Source: an uncultured Pelagibacteraceae bacterium (GTDB lineage Bacteria; Pseudomonadota; Alphaproteobacteria; Pelagibacterales; Pelagibacteraceae). From it: a stretch of DNA of 64,000 nucleotides. The notes beneath the pieces are model-generated. The model was not told the origin of the DNA and did no database searches. It saw nothing but the letters and a program-made list of their open reading frames with translations. The stretch's first letter is position 1, and each line of letters begins with the position of its first letter. The DNA lies in NCBI GenBank assembly GCA_902528575.1, contig CABZSV010000003.1, positions 1,995 through 65,994 of the forward strand, written 5' to 3'. The position numbers were made by a program, and so were the translations under genes. Shown in pieces: positions 60,001-64,000 of this stretch.

Positions 60001-60852
60001 TTACATAGAAGCGTCGAAACCAAAGTGCTTAATAGCAAGTTTGCTAATAATTCCTTGTTTTCTAGCTTTATCAATTGCTTTATTGAAGTCTTTTAAGATT
60101 TTGGCATCTCTTTTTCCAATTGCACTATCGCTAGCTTGTCTGATACCAACACCTACACCATTTCCAAATGCACCACCTGAAAAAGTTGGTCCAACTAATA
60201 CAACTGGTTTACCTGATTTGTCTGCATAATCTGTAAATGCTACTGCTGCAGCTAAAGCAACATCGCATCTTCCAGAAGTAAGGTCTAGGTTAACTTCATC
60301 TTGAGTTTTGTAAGTTCTAACATTCACACTTCCTACATCACCAGACTCTAAAAAGTTTTGGTGAATTGTTCCTGTTTGAGTACAAACAGTTTTACCAGCA
60401 AGTGCTCCTGTTAATGTTTTAAGAGCTTTTTTAACATCAGATCCACCCAATGATAAATTAATACCTTCTGGTGTATCCATTCCCTCTAAGCTTGAACCTT
60501 TCATTACCGCAAGAGAAGCTACTTCATCAGCATAACCTTGTGAAAACGTAATTGTTTTTTGTCTTTCAGCAGTAATTGACATTCCAGCCATTATTGCATC
60601 AAACTTTCTCATTACTAGAGCTGGTATCATACCGTCCCAGTCTTGTTCAACAATTGTACACTCATACTTCATAATTGTACAAAGTTCTTGAGCAAGCTCG
60701 ACTTCAAAACCTATTAGATTACCTGATGCATCTTTTGAATTCCATGGAGGGTAAGCGCCTTCAGTTCCAATTTTTATTTTTTCAGCAGAAACATTTCCAA
60801 TGATAAATAAAGAAGCAAGAACTGTTAAAATAGTTTTTTTGAATATATTCAT
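60001..60852 (-). CDS. Polar amino acid (Arg/Lys/Orn/His/opine type) ABC substrate-binding protein
   Basis: Signal peptide, GTEGAYPPWN, QDWDGMIPAL, MSITAER; AGGAG SD. Confidence 0.93.
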   Translation of the reverse strand: MNIFKKTILTVLASLFIIGNVSAEKIKIGTEGAYPPWNSKDASGNLIGFEVELAQELCTIMKYECTIVEQDWDGMIPALVMRKFDAIMAGMSITAERQKTITFSQGYADEVASLAVMKGSSLEGMDTPEGINLSLGGSDVKKALKTLTGALAGKTVCTQTGTIHQNFLESGDVGSVNVRTYKTQDEVNLDLTSGRCDVALAAAVAFTDYADKSGKPVVLVGPTFSGGAFGNGVGVGIRQASDSAIGKRDAKILKDFNKAIDKARKQGIISKLAIKHFGFDASM

Positions 60853-60912
60853 TATTTTCTCCTTTAATTTAAGAAGAATTATTTCACAAATTTTAATAAG
60901 AAAAAAGTAAAA

Positions 60913-61953
60913 TTAATGATTAATTGATGAAGAAAAATTCCAAGAGCAATCAAAGCTTGGTATGTAAACTCTTGCTAATTTCGCGTTTCCAAAATTTTGG
61001 TTAAAAACATTCTGCCAATTTTCAACCTGTTGTGGTTTTTTATCCTGACTCCCTACTTGAGCTGTAATAACTCCCTTCGGTTTTAATATTCTGACTAATG
61101 AATCCATATTTTTTGCAGCTAAATCTATACAAAATTGATCGTCATTTAGATCAACAAAAATATGATCATAAGTATCATCACTTACTGATTTAATGCTTTC
61201 GAAAGCATCACCCCATACACATTTCACTGAATTTTTTTCTGTTGCTTTTTTTCCAATATCTCCAAGATGTTTATTACAAACATCTACAACTTCAGGATCT
61301 AGTTCGTACCAATCGATAAAGTTAAAATTTTTTGAAATACATTCTCTTGCTACCCCGCCATCACCACCACCAATAATTGCTGCTCTTTCATTGTTTCTAT
61401 TTAAATCTAAACCAGAACCTACAAAAGTTGAGCTATATAAATGCTCATCAGTAGAAGCAACTTGTATCTCACCATCTATAAACAAAGACTTACCAAATTG
61501 TTCTAAGTCTAAAATTTCTATATGTTGGCCAACTTTAGATTTAAAATCTTCTAAAACATCGTTCACTACATATGATTTTTGTAAGCCTGGTGAGCTATAG
61601 ATATCATGATAAAGAGATTTTGTATCTCTATTAAATTCTTTTTTAACTATTCTTTTGTGTTCAAATTCTTTTTTTATTATATCAATTGCAACTGATGGGC
61701 TTACTTTGCCACAAGTAAAAAAATCAAAGCTAATAATTCCTTTTTCTGGAAATGTATGAAAACTTATATGGCTTTCAGCCAATAATGCTAAAATTGTAAA
61801 ACCTTGCGGTTCAAATTTATATTTTGAAATATTTAAAATTGTTACTTTTGCAGCTTTTGCAATATTATGAATTACTTTTTCAAATACAGAAGGATCATAC
61901 TCTTTAGTTGTTCCAATAATGTCTAGAGTGATATGCTCCCCAACTTTAGTCAT
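60913..61953 (-). CDS. Fused S-adenosylmethionine decarboxylase / aminopropyltransferase (SpeD-SpeE)
   Basis: N-terminal LAESHISFHTFPE...FTCG (pyruvoyl AdoMetDC); C-terminal IDGEIQ, IIGGGDGG, ELDPEV. Confidence 0.93.
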   Translation of the reverse strand: MTKVGEHITLDIIGTTKEYDPSVFEKVIHNIAKAAKVTILNISKYKFEPQGFTILALLAESHISFHTFPEKGIISFDFFTCGKVSPSVAIDIIKKEFEHKRIVKKEFNRDTKSLYHDIYSSPGLQKSYVVNDVLEDFKSKVGQHIEILDLEQFGKSLFIDGEIQVASTDEHLYSSTFVGSGLDLNRNNERAAIIGGGDGGVARECISKNFNFIDWYELDPEVVDVCNKHLGDIGKKATEKNSVKCVWGDAFESIKSVSDDTYDHIFVDLNDDQFCIDLAAKNMDSLVRILKPKGVITAQVGSQDKKPQQVENWQNVFNQNFGNAKLARVYIPSFDCSWNFSSSINH

Positions 61954-61957
61954 ATAA

Positions 61958-62623
61958 TTAACTGCTTTTATAATTTTTAACTTTTTCTAAGATTTTTTTC
62001 ATTTCAGCTAATGAAATATTCTTAGGCTCACCCATCTTTAAAGCAATAATATATTGATGGCAAATATTTTCTACCTCCTGAGCAAGCTCGAAAGCTTTAG
62101 ATAAATTTTCTCCAAATGCAACCTGTCCATGGTTCGCCATAAGACATGCCTTTCTATCTTTTAGAGCTTTAATCATATTCACTGAAAGTTCATGGGTACC
62201 AAAAGTTGCATATTCAGAGCATCTAATATCTTCACCACCTGCAAGAGCAATCATGTAATGAAATGGCGGAATAGATTTTCCGTGTGTAGATACTGCTGTA
62301 GCATGAGGTGAATGAGCATGGACTATTGCTTTTGCTTCCCACTTGTTTTTATAAATATCTTGGTGAAAACGCCATTCTGACGATGGATTTTTTCCAGAAT
62401 TAAACCAAGAAAGAAAGTCTTTTTCCTCGGTTAAAGATAAAAAAACAATATCTTCTGATTTTAAAGACTCATACTTCTTTCCAGATGGAGTTATAAAAAA
62501 ACCCTCAATACCATCTTCAATTCCTCTCACAGAAATATTTCCTGATCTTAAAGGAGATAAATTAGTTGTATTCAGTTTAATAGAATACTCAATTACCTCT
62601 TCTCTTTCTTTTAAATTTTTCAT
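61958..62623 (-). CDS. Class II aldolase, FucA-like (probable methylthio-/5-deoxy-ribulose-1-phosphate aldolase)
   Basis: SGNIS, PSSEWRFH, VHAHSPHA, FHYMIA, YATFGT, NHG; in an operon with mtnP and mtnA. Confidence 0.88.
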   Translation of the reverse strand: MKNLKEREEVIEYSIKLNTTNLSPLRSGNISVRGIEDGIEGFFITPSGKKYESLKSEDIVFLSLTEEKDFLSWFNSGKNPSSEWRFHQDIYKNKWEAKAIVHAHSPHATAVSTHGKSIPPFHYMIALAGGEDIRCSEYATFGTHELSVNMIKALKDRKACLMANHGQVAFGENLSKAFELAQEVENICHQYIIALKMGEPKNISLAEMKKILEKVKNYKSS

Positions 62624-63690
62624 TTAAATAATTTGCTTAATCCATCGAAAGAAGCTTCTGAAATCCCTCTTTCAGTAATTAATCCTGTCACATATTTTGA
62701 AGGTGTTACATCAAAAGCTAAATTAATAACTTTACTTTTAGTTGGGTAGATTAAAACTTTTTTAATTTCATTATTCTCATCTATACCTTCAACATGAGAT
62801 AATTCCTCTGAATTTCTTTCTTCAATGGGAATATCTTTTGCATCTTGGATGTCCCAATCAATTGTTGAGCTTGGAAGAGCCACATAAAAAGGAACGTTAT
62901 TATCATGAGCAGCTAATGCTTTAAGATAAGTTCCAATTTTATTACAAACGTCTCCATTGGATAAAGTCCTATCAGTACCTACAATACACATATCAACTTC
63001 ACCCCTTTGCATTAAAATACCCCCTGTATTATCAGCAATAATTGTGTTTGGAATTTCCTCTTCGTTTAATTCGTATGATGTTAAGTTTGCGCCTTGATTT
63101 CTTGGTCTTGTTTCATCTACCCATACATGAACTGGTATTCCTTTTTTATGAGCATGGTAAATTGGAGATGTTGCTGTGCCCCAATTAATAGTTGCTAACC
63201 AACCTGCATTACAATGTGTTAATATGTTTACTGTATCTTTCTTTTTATTATAAATTTCTTCAATTATTTTTAATCCATTAACACCAATATTTTCACAAAA
63301 CTTTTCATCTTCATCACATATTTCTTTTGCTTCAGTTAAAGCAATACTTAATAGTTGATTACTGTTAATTCCTTTTAATTTTTTTATCATTCGGTCAACC
63401 GCCCACTTTAAATTAATAGCAGTAGGTCTTGATTGAATTAATTCTTTTACACTTTTTTTTATAAATTCTGGATCATTGTTTTCTTTAACTGCCAAAGCTA
63501 AACCATAAGCAGCTGTTCCACCAATTAGAGGTGCACCTCTTACCTCCATTACTTTAATTGCATTAATTGCATCTTTTACTGTCTTTAATTCTTTGATTGT
63601 AAATTGGTGAGGAAGTTTTGTTTGATCAATAATCTTAACAACATTATTTTCAAACCAAATTGTTCGATACTCTTTCCCCTCTATTCTCAT
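62620..63690 (-). CDS. mtnA: Methylthioribose-1-phosphate isomerase
   Basis: DQTKLP, VRGAP, RPTAINL, THCNAGWLAT, ETRP, NKIGTY. Confidence 0.97.
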   Translation of the reverse strand: MRIEGKEYRTIWFENNVVKIIDQTKLPHQFTIKELKTVKDAINAIKVMEVRGAPLIGGTAAYGLALAVKENNDPEFIKKSVKELIQSRPTAINLKWAVDRMIKKLKGINSNQLLSIALTEAKEICDEDEKFCENIGVNGLKIIEEIYNKKKDTVNILTHCNAGWLATINWGTATSPIYHAHKKGIPVHVWVDETRPRNQGANLTSYELNEEEIPNTIIADNTGGILMQRGEVDMCIVGTDRTLSNGDVCNKIGTYLKALAAHDNNVPFYVALPSSTIDWDIQDAKDIPIEERNSEELSHVEGIDENNEIKKVLIYPTKSKVINLAFDVTPSKYVTGLITERGISEASFDGLSKLFK

Positions 63691-64000
63691 TTATTTAAAA
63701 CTCTACCTGCTACAGTATTTAATTTATCTATAGTCTTTTTCGTTCTTTTTTCTGGAGCAGTAATAATTGCTACATCTAAACAATTGTTTGCTGAGTCATT
63801 TGGGTCAATATGATCTTCAAAATTATCAATTAAATTTTTAATCATAACTTTTGCTTTTTCAGCATTACCTAATAAAACTTTGATTACTTGTTGAACATCA
63901 ACATTTTCGTGATCCGGATGCCAACAGTCAAAATCTGTAACCATGGAGACAGATGCATATCTTATTTCAGCCTCTCTTGCTAATTTTGCCTCAGGCATAT
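63687..64000 (-). CDS. mtnP: S-methyl-5'-thioadenosine phosphorylase (C-terminal part; start lies outside the window)
   Basis: PEAKLAREAEI.Y, VTDFDCW; upstream of mtnA. Confidence 0.93.
   Translation of the reverse strand, partial: MPEAKLAREAEIRYASVSMVTDFDCWHPDHENVDVQQVIKVLLGNAEKAKVMIKNLIDNFEDHIDPNDSANNCLDVAIITAPEKRTKKTIDKLNTVAGRVLNK

Noticed and set aside
61958-62623. Annotation as L-fuculose-phosphate aldolase or MtnB
   Set aside because: No fucose genes nearby, and the motifs look FucA-like rather than MtnB-like; context favours a DHAP-shunt aldolase, so no gene symbol was given.
6612-63813. Remaining short ORFs nested in or antisense to identified genes (for example 6612-6794, 17763-18107, 33463-33813, 59996-60229, 61193-61600)
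   Set aside because: Overlap well-supported conserved genes and show no recognisable motifs.

Overview
AT-rich, very compact alphaproteobacterial chromosome segment. Gene content, order and near-absent spacers point to SAR11/Candidatus Pelagibacter (inferred, not database-checked). Most of the window is core genome: rpoB-rplLJAK-nusG-secE-tuf with five tRNA genes, purB/C/S/Q/L, rpsD, cysS, nadE, glmS, prpDBC, nrdAB, rpoZ, a tripartite tricarboxylate transporter, a polar amino acid ABC transporter and an mtnP-mtnA-aldolase-speD/speE operon. The clearest unexplained structure is a 1538-bp integrase-free mini-island in tRNA-Thr(TGT). It is bounded by an exact 50-bp tRNA 3' duplication (8831-8880 and 10369-10418), has 11-bp-periodic AGTGTGAC-like repeat clusters inside both ends, and carries four small unknown genes. 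Other leads: a candidate ~90-nt sRNA (42804-42894) with its own promoter and terminator, a GlmU lacking its uridylyltransferase half, a DHAP-shunt-type MTA salvage operon linked to a SpeD-SpeE fusion, an ABC transporter locus without an ATPase, and apparent leaderless promoter architecture. No CRISPR array, rRNA, transposase or integrase was seen.
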